Positions 9,055-19,391 of a stretch of 53,552 bases of DNA are shown here, piece after piece. A program made the translations under genes and the position numbers. Under the pieces are notes generated by a model that made no database searches, was not told the DNA's origin, and saw only the letters and a list, made by a program, of their open reading frames with translations. How positions within the stretch are numbered: position 1 is the stretch's first letter; each line of letters begins with the position of its first letter. The DNA is from Acutalibacteraceae bacterium. Lineage in GTDB: Bacteria > Actinomycetota > Coriobacteriia > Coriobacteriales > Coriobacteriaceae. The DNA is taken from positions 1-53,552 of the forward strand of contig CAVCBD010000001.1 in assembly GCA_963599935.1 (NCBI GenBank), given 5' to 3'.

Positions 9055-10560
9055 CTATTGGGGAAGCTCAATTTCGGCTTCCGACGGGATGCGGAAGTAG
9101 GTTTCGGTCCAGTCGGTGAGCTTGTGCTCGAGCTCGCGGGTGATGGCGCCATCGAGCATGCGCCAGGTCCAGTTGCCGCCTAGGGTGGCGGGGGTGTTGA
9201 TACGGGCCTCATTTCCCAGGTTGAGGAGGTCCTGCATGGTGTAGATGCAGGTGTCGCTCACACTGGCGGCAATGGTGCGGTTGAGCGCATCGGTGATGGG
9301 CTCGCCAGCCTGCTGATGGGTGTACAAAGCTGCCTGCTCGCGCTGACGCGGAGTGGCCGTACCCTCGAACCAGCCGCGTGCCGTTTCGTTGTCGTGCGTG
9401 CCCACATAGGCGACGGTGTTGGCGATGTAGTTGTGGGGCAGATAGTATGAGTTGCTGCCCTCAAAGGCAAACTGCAAGATCTTCATGCCAGGGAAGCCCG
9501 TGGTGTCGCGCATGTCGATAACGCCGGGGGTAAGGAAGCCAAGATCTTCGGCGATGATGGGCAGTGTGCCGAGTTTTTCCTCGAGCGTCTTGAAGAGCTT
9601 GAGGCCGGGGCCCTGCGTCCACGAACCGTAAGACGAGTCGGGTGAAGAGAAAGGCACCTCCCAAAAGGCTTCGAATCCGCGGAAGTGGTCCAAGCGGATG
9701 ACGTCGTACATGTCGAGGGCGGCGCGAATGCGGTCCTCCCACCAGGAGAAGCCGTCGGACTCCATGGCGTCCCAGTCGTAGATGGGGTTGCCCCAGTACT
9801 GGCCGGTGGCCGAGAACTGGTCGGGCGGCGTGCCGGCGACGCTCACGGGATTGCCGGCGGCGTCGATCTTAAAGAGCTCAGGTGTCGCCCACATCTCGAC
9901 GGAGTCACGCGAGACATAGATGGGCAGGTCGCCGATGATCAGGATGTCGCGCTCGTTGGCATAGGCTTTGAGGCGGCTCCACTGGCGATTGAAGTAGTAC
10001 TGCGTCATCTGGTGGTAGAGCATACGCGCCGGATGGTCGGCGCAGACCTTGGCGGAAGCCTCGCCGCGGCGGCGGAGCTCCTCGGGCCACTCCCAAAACG
10101 CCTTGAGACCGCACTCCTCTTTGACGGTCATGAACTCGCAGTAGGGGATGAGCCAGTCCTCGTTGGCCTGGATAAAGTCATCGAAATCGGCCGGCTTGTC
10201 GGCAGCAAAGCGCTCAGCGGCTCGGTCGAGAATCTGACGGCGGCCGCCAAAGATAGCACCGTAGTCGACATTGCTTGGGTCGGATCCCAGATACACGCCG
10301 TCGATATCGCGCTGCTCTAGGTAGCCAGCCTCGATAAGCTCGGCAAAGTCGATGAAGTTGGGGTTGCCCGCACGGGCCGAGAACGACTGATACGGAGAAT
10401 CGCCGTAGCTCGTTGTCGTAAGGGGGAGAATCTGCCAGTAATGTTGTTTGCACGAGGCGAGGAAATCGACAAAGTCATAGGCGTTCCAGCCAAAGCCGCC
10501 GATACCGTACGGTCCGGGCAGAGACGAGATGGGCATGAGAACACCGCTTGCACGCTCCAT
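9055..10560 (-). CDS. malQ: 4-alpha-glucanotransferase (amylomaltase, GH77)
   Basis: MERASGVLMPISSLP start, SPYQSFS, GQYWGNP, RLDHFRGF, IAEDLG, GTHDN. Confidence 0.95.
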   Translation of the reverse strand: MERASGVLMPISSLPGPYGIGGFGWNAYDFVDFLASCKQHYWQILPLTTTSYGDSPYQSFSARAGNPNFIDFAELIEAGYLEQRDIDGVYLGSDPSNVDYGAIFGGRRQILDRAAERFAADKPADFDDFIQANEDWLIPYCEFMTVKEECGLKAFWEWPEELRRRGEASAKVCADHPARMLYHQMTQYYFNRQWSRLKAYANERDILIIGDLPIYVSRDSVEMWATPELFKIDAAGNPVSVAGTPPDQFSATGQYWGNPIYDWDAMESDGFSWWEDRIRAALDMYDVIRLDHFRGFEAFWEVPFSSPDSSYGSWTQGPGLKLFKTLEEKLGTLPIIAEDLGFLTPGVIDMRDTTGFPGMKILQFAFEGSNSYYLPHNYIANTVAYVGTHDNETARGWFEGTATPRQREQAALYTHQQAGEPITDALNRTIAASVSDTCIYTMQDLLNLGNEARINTPATLGGNWTWRMLDGAITRELEHKLTDWTETYFRIPSEAEIELPQ

Positions 10561-10723
10561 GGATGTGCTCACCAACCTTCTTGTTGTGGGATCGGCCTGC
10601 AGATGGATGAACAGCCCGTCCCGAGTTCTAGAGTCGATGTCCCTATTGTAGAACATGTTGTTTAAACATGTATAGGCGAGATTAAAAAGTTGGCCCATTT
10701 TCGGTAAACGGTTACGCGCCATG

Positions 10724-10758
10724 AAAAAAGCCCCGGTCTCACATCGTGAGATCGGGGC
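10724..10758 (-). terminator. Intrinsic terminator after galE
   Basis: AAAAAAGCCCCGGTCTCAC-ATC-GTGAGATCGGGGC. Confidence 0.75.
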
Positions 10759-10781
10759 AAGAACGGTATGTAGGCTTTTTG

Positions 10782-11843
10782 CTACTCGGCGTCGGCGAAG
10801 CCGTTGGGGTTGTGGCTCTGCCAATTCCAGCTGTCACGGCACATATCCGCGATGTCGTACTGGGCCTTCCAGCCCATCATGCGTTCGGCCTTGGAGGCAT
10901 CGCACCAGTTGGCGGCGATGTCGCCGGCACGGCGCTCGCGGATCACATAGGGCAGCTCCTTGCCGCAGGCCTTGGAAAAGGCGGCGACGACCTCGAGTAC
11001 CGAGGTGCCGGTGCCGGTGCCCAGGTTAAAGATCTCGACGCCGGTCTTGCCGTTCATCCAGTTGAGGGCGGCAACGTGACCAGAGGCCAGGTCGCACACG
11101 TGGATGTAGTCGCGAACACCGGTGCCGTCGGGGGTGGGGTAGTCGTTGCCAAAGACCTGCACGGCCTCGAGCTTACCGACGGCGACCTGGGCGACATAGG
11201 GCACCAGGTTGTTGGGGATGCCCTTGGGGTCCTCGCCGATCAGGCCCGACGGATGAGCGCCGATGGGGTTGAAGTAACGGAGCAGCACGACGTCCCACTC
11301 GGGGTCGGCGGTGTGGACGTCCATGAGGATCTGCTCAATCATCCACTTGGTCCAACCATAGGGGTTGGTCGCGGGCTTCTTGGGGTCCTCTTCGGTGACG
11401 GGCGGATTGTCCGGATCGCCGTAGACGGTCGAAGAGCTCGAGAAGATGATGGACTTACAACCGTGGTTGCGCATGACATCGATGAGCACCAGGGTGTTCT
11501 CGATATTGTTGTGGTAGTACTCGACGGGCTTGCTCACCGACTCGCCAACGGCCTTAAAGCCGGCGAAGTGGATGACGCGGTCGATCTGGTGGGTATCGAA
11601 GATCTTATTCATCGCATCGCGGTCGAGCACGTTGGCTTCGTAGAAGGTGAGGTTCTTGGCGGCCTCGTCGCCCACGATGGTCTTGACGCGGTCGATGGCA
11701 ACGGCGCTGGAGTTGGAGAGGTCATCGACGACGACAACCTGGTAGCCACCCTCGAGCAGCTGAACGACGGTGTGCGAGCCGATAAAGCCGGCGCCGCCGG
11801 TAACGAGGACGCAGGTGTCTTTGGGGTCGAGTGCTTTGGACAT
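10782..11843 (-). CDS. galE: UDP-glucose 4-epimerase
   Basis: TGGAGFIGSH, HFAGFKAVGES, YGWTK, LRYFNP, RDYIHV. Confidence 0.96.
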   Translation of the reverse strand: MSKALDPKDTCVLVTGGAGFIGSHTVVQLLEGGYQVVVVDDLSNSSAVAIDRVKTIVGDEAAKNLTFYEANVLDRDAMNKIFDTHQIDRVIHFAGFKAVGESVSKPVEYYHNNIENTLVLIDVMRNHGCKSIIFSSSSTVYGDPDNPPVTEEDPKKPATNPYGWTKWMIEQILMDVHTADPEWDVVLLRYFNPIGAHPSGLIGEDPKGIPNNLVPYVAQVAVGKLEAVQVFGNDYPTPDGTGVRDYIHVCDLASGHVAALNWMNGKTGVEIFNLGTGTGTSVLEVVAAFSKACGKELPYVIRERRAGDIAANWCDASKAERMMGWKAQYDIADMCRDSWNWQSHNPNGFADAE

Positions 11844-12111
11844 GTAGTCTCCTATCGAATCAGGAACACTTCTTGAGGGGAGTATAGCGCAGCTGGGGGC
11901 GCCCAAAACACGCGGGGCAGGAAAACCAGAGGATTGATGTTAACGTACTCATAGGGTGTTATTTGCATAATCCTTACCTTTGGCGCGGGGCGTATTTGCG
12001 AGCCGCTGACCATGCTTTTCCAGCCGTTCGTGGAAATAGTTGGGACAAGCGCGATGTGCGTTAATATGTTTGAGTTGAGCGACATATAAATAAACATGTA
12101 ACGGAGTACAT

Positions 12112-13317
12112 ATGTCACCAAACAACGATTCCATCTTTACGCAGGAGCTTTCGCGCCGCACTGCCCTTAAGGCTCTTTTCGGCGCCGCCTCCGCGGCTGT
12201 TCTTTTTGGCCTGCCCGCCCGCGCCCATGCGGCTGAGGCCAGCCAAGAAACCACCGACAAACTGAATGCCGCCCAGGCCCAGCTCGACGAGGTCCAGGCT
12301 CAGCTCGACAGCATCGCCAATGAGTACGCGACGCTCGCCAACAAGAATGCCCAGACCCTCAGCGATATCGAGGGCGTTCAGGGTCAGATCGACGAGACGC
12401 AGGCTCAGATCGACACCAAGAAGTCGGAGCTCAAGAAGAAGCGTAACGACCTTTCCGACCGCGTGGCGGCAAGCTACAAGTCGGGCGGTACCAATATCCT
12501 GTCGTTGCTGCTCGCTTCTGGCTCGTTTGAGGAGCTCGTCGCCAACGCGCATTACGTCGAGAAGATCAACAAGAGCGACCGCGACGCCATCGAGGACATT
12601 CAGACCATCCAAAAGGAGCTCGACACGCAAAAGTCCGAGCTCGAGTCGCAGAAGGCCGACCTGGAGAAGCTCAAGGACCAGCAGACTGCTCAGATGCAGG
12701 ACATGCAGGCCAAGCAGCAGGAGGTCCAGACGGTTCTGAACGGCCTCTCCGACGATGTCAAGGAACTCATGGCCCAGCGTGATTCCGAGATTCTCGCTGC
12801 CGCCCAGGCAGAGGAGGCTGCCAGGAAGGCTGCCGCTGCCGCGGCTGCCGCAAACAAGAACAATTCCTCTTCGGGCGGTCCGAGCTCGGGTGGCGGCTCG
12901 TATGCCGGCGGCACCCCACAGCAGAATGCCGGTTCGGGCAAGCAGCAGGCTGTCGTCAACGCATGCTACTCCACGCCTTCGCCTGGCCTGAACTGGTGCG
13001 CCGCTTGGGTTACCAATGTGTTCCGCAACGCCGGCGTGGGCTACTTTGGCGGCAACGCGTGCGACATGTTTAACGCCTGGTGCTACAGCTCCGATCGTTC
13101 GGCGCTGCAGGTGGGCATGATTGTGGCCGACTCGTCGCACGGTGGTACCGGTACGCCGGGTCTGCTGTACGGACACGTGGGCATCTATGTTGGCGGCGGC
13201 ATCGTTATGAGCAACGAGGGCGCCATTACGTCTAAGTCGCTTGATTCGTTTATTAGCTTCTATGGCACTGGCTCTGGCGTGCGCTGGGGCTGGCTCGGCG
13301 GCGTGGTGCTGTCGTAA
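12112..13317 (+). CDS. Secreted coiled-coil peptidoglycan hydrolase (PcsB/CwlO-like) with C-terminal CHAP/NlpC-P60-like domain
   Basis: SRRTALK signal peptide, long Q/E/K coiled coil, Ala/Gly/Ser linker, NWCAAWV...GHVGIYVG catalytic Cys/His. Confidence 0.8.
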   Translation: MSPNNDSIFTQELSRRTALKALFGAASAAVLFGLPARAHAAEASQETTDKLNAAQAQLDEVQAQLDSIANEYATLANKNAQTLSDIEGVQGQIDETQAQIDTKKSELKKKRNDLSDRVAASYKSGGTNILSLLLASGSFEELVANAHYVEKINKSDRDAIEDIQTIQKELDTQKSELESQKADLEKLKDQQTAQMQDMQAKQQEVQTVLNGLSDDVKELMAQRDSEILAAAQAEEAARKAAAAAAAANKNNSSSGGPSSGGGSYAGGTPQQNAGSGKQQAVVNACYSTPSPGLNWCAAWVTNVFRNAGVGYFGGNACDMFNAWCYSSDRSALQVGMIVADSSHGGTGTPGLLYGHVGIYVGGGIVMSNEGAITSKSLDSFISFYGTGSGVRWGWLGGVVLS

Positions 13318-13519
13318 CTGTAAGTTGGGCCTGGGTCCGCGGCGTCCGCGCGCACCTTTGGTCGCCTGCTCAAACAGTCCTATGCAAGACGAAGGCCACA
13401 TTAAGTGGCCTTCTTTGCGTGCGGAACTCGCGATCAATCAAATATATTGCGGGCGGGCACGCGGCCCTCTCGGGTTCGGGGCGCGACACACCGGACTGGG
13501 TTATCTGAATAAATATGGT

Positions 13520-13544
13520 GAAGGCCCCTTTCGGGGCCTTCTTT
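13520..13544. terminator. Terminator hairpin between convergent genes
   Basis: GAAGGCCCC-TTTC-GGGGCCTTC-TTT. Confidence 0.65.
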
Positions 13545-13546
13545 GT

Positions 13547-14509
13547 TTAGAGGAATTCGCCTACTCGGTGGACTTCGGGTTCTAGGTCTACGTTGAATTG
13601 GTCTTTGACGGTTGCTTGGATGTGGCGGATGAGTTCGTCGACATCGGCTGCGGTGGCGTGGTCGGCGTTGACGATGAAGCCGCAGTGCTTTTCGCTCACC
13701 TGCGCGCCGCCGATGGCGTGTCCTCGCAGGCCGGCGTCCATGATGAGCTTGCCGGCAAAGTAGCCCTCGGGGCGCTTGAAGGTGGAGCCGGCACTCGGCA
13801 TGTCGAGCGGCTGCTTGTCCTCGCGGCGCTGGCGGTAGTCGTCCATGTCGGCCTTGATCATCGCGGCGTTGCCCGGGGCGAGATTGAAAGTGGCCGAAAG
13901 CACGACGAAACCGTCGTCGGCAATGCGGCTCTTGCGATAGCCCAGGTTGAGCTCATCGACATCGAACTCAATAATGCTGCCGCTACCGCGGGTGCCGTCG
14001 TCGAGCATGCGGGCGGGCTTGTAGACGCGCACGGACTCCAGCAGATCGGCCATGCAAGCGCCGTATGCTCCGGCGTTCATGTAGCAGGCACCGCCGACCG
14101 ATCCGGGAATGCCCGAGATGGGCTCCATGCCGGTAAGGCCGGCCTCGGCTACCGCGGCTGCGACATCGGAAAGCAAGGCGCCGGCTGCCGCCGTGACGTG
14201 CGTGCCGTCGACCGTAATGTCGGAGAGGCCCTCGCCCAGCGCTACGACGACGCCGCGGATGCCCTTGTCGCCGACGAGCAAGTCGGAGCCGTTGCCCACG
14301 ATGGTGAGTGGTAGATTGCAGCGATAGCAGGTATCGAGCGTGGCGACGAGGCCCTGCTCAGTATCGGGCGTGACAAAGACGTCGGCCGGACCGCCGATCT
14401 TAAACGTGGTGTGCTCGCGCATGGGCTCGCTCATCAGCACGTTGTCCTCGCCGGCAACGCCAGCGAGCGCGCACAGCAGGTCCTCGTTAAAAAAATCGTT
14501 CTCGTGCAT
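13547..14509 (-). CDS. murB: UDP-N-acetylenolpyruvoylglucosamine reductase
   Basis: HTTFKIGGPA, GIPGSVGGA..MNAGAYG, PSAGSTFKRP, KHCGFIVN, LEPEV. Confidence 0.95.
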   Translation of the reverse strand: MHENDFFNEDLLCALAGVAGEDNVLMSEPMREHTTFKIGGPADVFVTPDTEQGLVATLDTCYRCNLPLTIVGNGSDLLVGDKGIRGVVVALGEGLSDITVDGTHVTAAAGALLSDVAAAVAEAGLTGMEPISGIPGSVGGACYMNAGAYGACMADLLESVRVYKPARMLDDGTRGSGSIIEFDVDELNLGYRKSRIADDGFVVLSATFNLAPGNAAMIKADMDDYRQRREDKQPLDMPSAGSTFKRPEGYFAGKLIMDAGLRGHAIGGAQVSEKHCGFIVNADHATAADVDELIRHIQATVKDQFNVDLEPEVHRVGEFL

Positions 14510-14692
14510 ACGAATATCCGCCTTTTGGTGGTCGTTGTCATCAATCGATTGCAATATACCCCACCCGGACGGATTTGGTGCGCTGGCGGCGATAAAACAG
14601 CCGTCCACCGGATTGGTAAAGTGTTTATCACCGAGGTAGAGGGGTAGTCGCTATACTTTCAAGAGATTGCGCGTAAACCCGGAAGGAGCGAG

Positions 14693-15721
14693 ATGGCCAA
14701 CAAAGTCACCCTCAAGCAGATCGCCCAGGAGGTGGGGCTTTCCCCCTCGTCGGTCTCGCTTGTTCTCAATAATCGGCCCTGTCGCATCTCGGAAGAAAAC
14801 CGCAAGCTCATCAAAGAGGTCGCGGCGCGCAACCACTATGTTCCCAACCAGATTGCGCGCAGCCTGGTCATGCGCGAGTCGCGCACGCTGGGCCTTATCG
14901 TCCCTAACATCGAGAGCCGCTTTTTTGCCTCGCTCGCCGGTAGCCTGGAAAAGCGCTGCCGCGAGGACGGCTATGCGCTCTTCATTACCAGCTCGGGCGG
15001 AAGCGCCGATGACGATCTGGAGCTGCTGCGCCAGCTGGTGACGCGCGGCGTTGATGGCGTCTTCCTGGTGGTGGGTGACGAGTTCTCCGATGACCGCGCC
15101 CTGCGCGAAGAGGTCAGCCACCTGCCCATCCCGGCCGTAATGGTCGACCGTGCCATTGAGGGGCTCGAGTGCGACAAGGTGATGTTCGACCACGAGATGG
15201 GCGGCTATATGGCCACCCGCTATCTGATCGAGCAAGGCCACCGCCGTATTGCCTGCCTGGTTAATGCCCGCCGTTCCAATACGGGTCGCAAGCGACTTGC
15301 CGGCTATGAGCGCGCGCTGCGCGAGGTTGGCCTGCCGATCGACGCGCGTTTGGAGTTTGAGAGCGAGTACTACATTCCGAGCGCATACGAGGCCTCGGAG
15401 GCAGTGCTCGCAACTGACGCCACTGCCGTGTTCGCAAGCTCGGATAACATTGCCCTCGGTTTGCTCAAGCGCTTGCACGAGATGGGGAAGAGCATCCCGG
15501 GCGATATCTCGGTGGTGAGCTATGACAACTCGGCGGCCGACGTTCTCTTTGAGCCGGCGCTGACCGCGATTGAGCAGGACCCTGGTGTCCTTGCGGAGCA
15601 TGCTTTTGGCTGCATGTCCAAGCGTCTTGCCGGTAGGGGCGGCAGGCGTGCCGAAGAGGTCGTTCTGGAGCCGGAGCTTATCGTTAAGGACAGCGTGCTC
15701 GAGCTTACTAAACACAACTAA
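14693..15721 (+). CDS. LacI-family transcriptional regulator
   Basis: TLKQIAQEVGLSPSSVSLVLN HTH plus periplasmic-binding-like effector domain. Confidence 0.93.
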   Translation: MANKVTLKQIAQEVGLSPSSVSLVLNNRPCRISEENRKLIKEVAARNHYVPNQIARSLVMRESRTLGLIVPNIESRFFASLAGSLEKRCREDGYALFITSSGGSADDDLELLRQLVTRGVDGVFLVVGDEFSDDRALREEVSHLPIPAVMVDRAIEGLECDKVMFDHEMGGYMATRYLIEQGHRRIACLVNARRSNTGRKRLAGYERALREVGLPIDARLEFESEYYIPSAYEASEAVLATDATAVFASSDNIALGLLKRLHEMGKSIPGDISVVSYDNSAADVLFEPALTAIEQDPGVLAEHAFGCMSKRLAGRGGRRAEEVVLEPELIVKDSVLELTKHN

Positions 15722-15820
15722 ACACGTTTACCAATTTGCAGAGACCGAATGTGGAGCACCTGTGACAATCAACGCCGCAGGTGAATGTCGCGTTTTGCTA
15801 ATCGATGGGATTGATAAGGG

Positions 15821-15859
15821 TGGTAAAACGTTTTTTCACCATGATAAAACGTTTTAGCA
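15821..15859. promoter_or_regulatory. Tandem LacI-type operators upstream of xfp
   Basis: TGGTAAAACGTTTTTTCA and TGATAAAACGTTTTAGCA, with central CG and AAA/TTT arms. Confidence 0.7.
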
Positions 15860-15925
15860 AATATACTGGTCCCAACGAAAGGTTGCCGTATTGGAGGGTG
15901 ACCGCACAGCGAAGGGACATAAACA

Positions 15926-18454
15926 ATGGCTAAAACACTGGGGACGCCGTGGCAAAAGCTGGGCCACGAGGTGCCGGCTTCCGAGCTCGAGGGCGTCGAC
16001 CTGTATTGGCGCGCATCGAACTATCTGTCCGTCGGTCAGATCTACCTTCGCTCTAACCCGCTAATGCGCCCCGACTTTGTTGATGAGAAAACCGGTGAGG
16101 TGCGCGACTTCGGTCGTCCGGACGTTAAGCACCGCCTGGTTGGCCACTGGGGCACCACGCCCGGCATCAACTTCCTGTTCGGTCACGTCAATCGACTGAT
16201 CGCCGACCACAACCAGAATGCTATCTTCTTGATGGGCCCTGGTCACGGTGGCCCCGCCGGTACTGCTCAGTCGCTGCTCGACGGCACCTACCGCGAGATT
16301 CGCCCCGACATCACCAATGACGAGGCCGGCCTGCAGAAGTTCTTCCGCCAGTTCTCTTATCCCGGCGGCATCCCGAGCCACTTTGCGCCCGAGACGCCCG
16401 GTTCCATCCACGAGGGCGGCGAGCTCGGCTACACGCTCAGCCACGCTTACGGTGCCGTCATGGACAACCCGAGCCTGTTGGCCGTGGCCGTGGTGGGCGA
16501 CGGCGAGTCCGAGACCGGTCCGCTCGCGACCTCTTGGCAGTCCAACAAGCTCGTGAATCCGGCAACCGACGGTATCGTGCTGCCGATCCTGCACCTCAAC
16601 GGCTACAAGATCGCCAACCCCACCATCCTCGCCCGCGTGTCCGACGAAGAGCTCACCAAGTTCTTTGAGGGCATGGGCTATAAGCCGCACTTCTTTGTCG
16701 CCGGCTTTGACGACGAGAGCCACGCAAGCATTCATGCGCGTTTCGCTGCCCTGTTTGAGCAGGTCTTCGATGAGATCTGTGACATCAAGGCAACCGCGCA
16801 GGCCCAGGCCGCCGCAGGCGAGACCGTGGTCCGCCCGGCCTACCCCATGATTGTGTTCCGCACGCCCAAGGGCTGGACCTGCCCCAAGCAGATCGACGGC
16901 AAGAAGACCGAGGACTCCTGGCGCGCGCATCAGGTGCCGCTGGCGAGTGCCAAGGACACCCACGAGCACTTCCGCGTGCTGCGCGAGTGGCTGCGTTCCT
17001 ACAAGCCCGAGGAGCTCTTTACGCCCGAGGGCCAGGTGCGCCCCGAGGTGACGGCCTTTATGCCGACCGGCGAGCTGCGCATCGGCGCCAACCCCAACGC
17101 GAACGGCGGTAAGGTGCGCCGCGAGCTCGAGCTGCCCGATATTCATGCCCACGAGGTCCCCGTCGCAACTAAGGGTCATGGCTGGGGCTCTACCGAGGCC
17201 GCCCGCGTCTTTGGTGAGTACACTGCCGACGTTCTGGCCAATAACATGGATGACTTCCGCATCTTCGGTCCCGACGAGACCGCGTCCAACCGTCTGCAGG
17301 CTGCCTACAAGGTGACCAAGAAGCAGTGGGACGCCGGCTTCTACGAGGACGGGGCCAACGACGAGCTGCTGGCGGGCTCCGGTAAGGTCGTCGAGCAGCT
17401 GTCCGAGCACCAATGCGAGGGCTTCCTCGAGGCCTACGTGCTCACTGGCCGTTCCGGCGTGTGGAGCTCCTACGAGAGCTTTGTCCATGTGGTCGACTCC
17501 ATGGTCAACCAGCACTGCAAGTGGCTCGAGGCTACCAAGCGCGAGATTCCGTGGCGTGCCCCCATCAGCGGCCTTAACATTTTGCTGTCGAGCCACGTCT
17601 GGCGTCAGGACCACAACGGCTTCTCGCACCAGGACCCCGGCTTTATCGACCTGCTGCTCAACAAGGCCAACGACACGCACATCGTGAATGCCTACTATCC
17701 GGCCGACGCCAACATGGCCCTTGCCGTTGCCGAGCGCGTCTACCAGTCCACCGACTGCGTCAACGCCATCTTCTGCGGCAAGCAGCCTGCTCCGACCTTC
17801 CAGACGGTCGACGAGGCCAAGGCGGAGCTCGCCGAGGGCGTTGCGACCTGGGAGTGGGCATCGACCGCCGATTCGCTCGCCGAGGCCGATGTCGTGGTCG
17901 CCACCTGCGGCGACGTGCCGACGCTCGAGGCTCTGGCTGCAACCGACATGCTGCGCGAGCTGGGCATCAAGGTATGGTTCGTCAACGTGGTCGATCTGCT
18001 CAAGATCCAGAACGTCTGCGAGAACGACCAGGCTCTCAGCGACGAGCGCTGGGCTGAGCTGTTCGGCTGCGGCGAGAAGCCCGTCCTCTTCGCGTTCCAC
18101 GCCTATGCCGGCACGATTCGCCGCCTGATCTGGAACCGCCCCGGCCACGATGCCTTCCGCGTCCACGGCTACGAGGAGAAAGGCTCCACGACAACGCCGT
18201 TCGACATGCTGCGCCTGAACAACATGGACCGCTGGACACTGGCCGCCGACGTGCTGCGCATGGTCGACGCCGATAAGTTTGCCGAGCAGATTGATAAGTG
18301 GGAGGCATTCCGCACCGAGGCCTTTGAGTTCGCGTGCGATGAGGGCTACGACCACCCGGCCTTCACCGACTGGGTCTGGCCCGACGCCGCAGCCGCAACC
18401 GCTGCCGACGGCGCGCTCTCCGCAACGCAGCTAACTGCCGGCGACAACGAATAG
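15926..18454 (+). CDS. xfp: Xylulose-5-P/fructose-6-P phosphoketolase
   Basis: [52 protein letters not shown]. Confidence 0.96.
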   Translation: MAKTLGTPWQKLGHEVPASELEGVDLYWRASNYLSVGQIYLRSNPLMRPDFVDEKTGEVRDFGRPDVKHRLVGHWGTTPGINFLFGHVNRLIADHNQNAIFLMGPGHGGPAGTAQSLLDGTYREIRPDITNDEAGLQKFFRQFSYPGGIPSHFAPETPGSIHEGGELGYTLSHAYGAVMDNPSLLAVAVVGDGESETGPLATSWQSNKLVNPATDGIVLPILHLNGYKIANPTILARVSDEELTKFFEGMGYKPHFFVAGFDDESHASIHARFAALFEQVFDEICDIKATAQAQAAAGETVVRPAYPMIVFRTPKGWTCPKQIDGKKTEDSWRAHQVPLASAKDTHEHFRVLREWLRSYKPEELFTPEGQVRPEVTAFMPTGELRIGANPNANGGKVRRELELPDIHAHEVPVATKGHGWGSTEAARVFGEYTADVLANNMDDFRIFGPDETASNRLQAAYKVTKKQWDAGFYEDGANDELLAGSGKVVEQLSEHQCEGFLEAYVLTGRSGVWSSYESFVHVVDSMVNQHCKWLEATKREIPWRAPISGLNILLSSHVWRQDHNGFSHQDPGFIDLLLNKANDTHIVNAYYPADANMALAVAERVYQSTDCVNAIFCGKQPAPTFQTVDEAKAELAEGVATWEWASTADSLAEADVVVATCGDVPTLEALAATDMLRELGIKVWFVNVVDLLKIQNVCENDQALSDERWAELFGCGEKPVLFAFHAYAGTIRRLIWNRPGHDAFRVHGYEEKGSTTTPFDMLRLNNMDRWTLAADVLRMVDADKFAEQIDKWEAFRTEAFEFACDEGYDHPAFTDWVWPDAAAATAADGALSATQLTAGDNE

Positions 18455-18476
18455 CATCCGGGACGGTCTCGCGCTG

Positions 18477-18559
18477 GGGCCGCCTCCGGGCGGGTGCCTT
18501 CCTCTGAGAAGTGGGCTTCGCGAACTTCTCAGAGGAAGGCACCCGCCCGGAGGCGGCCC
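18477..18559. repeat. Perfect 36-bp-stem palindrome, loop GGGCTTCGCGA
   Basis: Arms 18477-18512 and 18524-18559 are exact reverse complements. Confidence 0.9.
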
Positions 18560-18670
18560 TCTCGACCGTTTCGATCTGCGGGGGCTGATTATTTTTAATG
18601 TAATTGGGACTTTGCTGATGCTGCCTTGGGACAGCGCATCTACCTTTGGTCAGCCAAGGTTACATCGCCG

Positions 18671-18745
18671 GGGCCGGGGAGACATACTTTGTTTTGAGAA
18701 GTTCGCGAAGCCCACTTCTCAAAACAAAGTATGTCTCCCCGGCCC
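18671..18745. repeat. Perfect 32-bp-stem palindrome, loop TCGCGAAGCCC
   Basis: Arms 18671-18702 and 18714-18745 are exact reverse complements. Confidence 0.9.
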
Positions 18746-18864
18746 TCGCCCGTATTGCCCCGCTGAGCGAGCTAAAGGCGCCATGCACCGATACGCAAAA
18801 GCAGCGGCTTGAAATTGGTGCTATATTCGGCTTGAGTTGTTTAATGCTAGTACGGGAGGCTGAT

Positions 18865-19353
18865 ATGGGGCTGTTTAAGAAGAAAAACCCGCAGGATGCC
18901 TTTGATCCCGATGTGTTTACCATTACGGATACGATATTGGACCCGCCGCGGTTTACGTTTTTGCCTGCTATCTACCAGGATGCCACGCGTCGTAAGTGGG
19001 CTGTGCATCAGCGCGGTGCGCAGCCAAAGATCTTTGACTATGCGGATGTGCTGCAGTGCGAGGTGGCCGAGGCGGGTGACCCGGAGGCCGACGAGACGCC
19101 TTCAAAACAGGAATTTGCCCAGCGTATTCTGGCAAATCCTGCCAAGGCGGCAAAAATAAATGCGGCAAAGCGTAATATGTGTCTTGGTATGGGTGTTGTT
19201 GTGGCGGTCCAGACGGGAAAAGACGAGGTTTCCAAATTAGAGATTCCCGTTATGACCGACGAAGTCAAACGCGATTCAAGCCTATATAAGTCGTATCGGA
19301 ATGTCGCCGAGAAAATCAAGGCCGAGTTTGATGCCATGGGAGGGCTGGCCTAA
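18865..19353 (+). CDS. Hypothetical protein (162 aa)
   Basis: GGGAGG RBS before ATG at 18865; protein-like composition; family not recognised. Confidence 0.7.
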   Translation: MGLFKKKNPQDAFDPDVFTITDTILDPPRFTFLPAIYQDATRRKWAVHQRGAQPKIFDYADVLQCEVAEAGDPEADETPSKQEFAQRILANPAKAAKINAAKRNMCLGMGVVVAVQTGKDEVSKLEIPVMTDEVKRDSSLYKSYRNVAEKIKAEFDAMGGLA

Positions 19354-19391
19354 TTCTGGTGACATACATTTTTGAATGAGGAGTCTGTGCA

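Noticed and set aside
6545..9100. 851-aa plus-strand ORF, and similar long antisense ORFs such as 1652-3091, 16061-18355 and 51959-53446
   Set aside because: Shadow frames opposite well-supported genes, expected from high GC3 codon bias
10561..10824. N-terminal extension of MalQ, and similar extensions for the MFS (28320), hisA (40440), hisI (41990) and YgbA (45418)
   Set aside because: They overlap neighbouring genes or promoters; family homology and RBS point to downstream starts, so these are not fusions
18646..18864. Internal protein repeat (GETYFVLRS / LLKTKYVSP) in the extended ORF
   Set aside because: Translation artefact of the DNA palindrome; the real start is probably 18865
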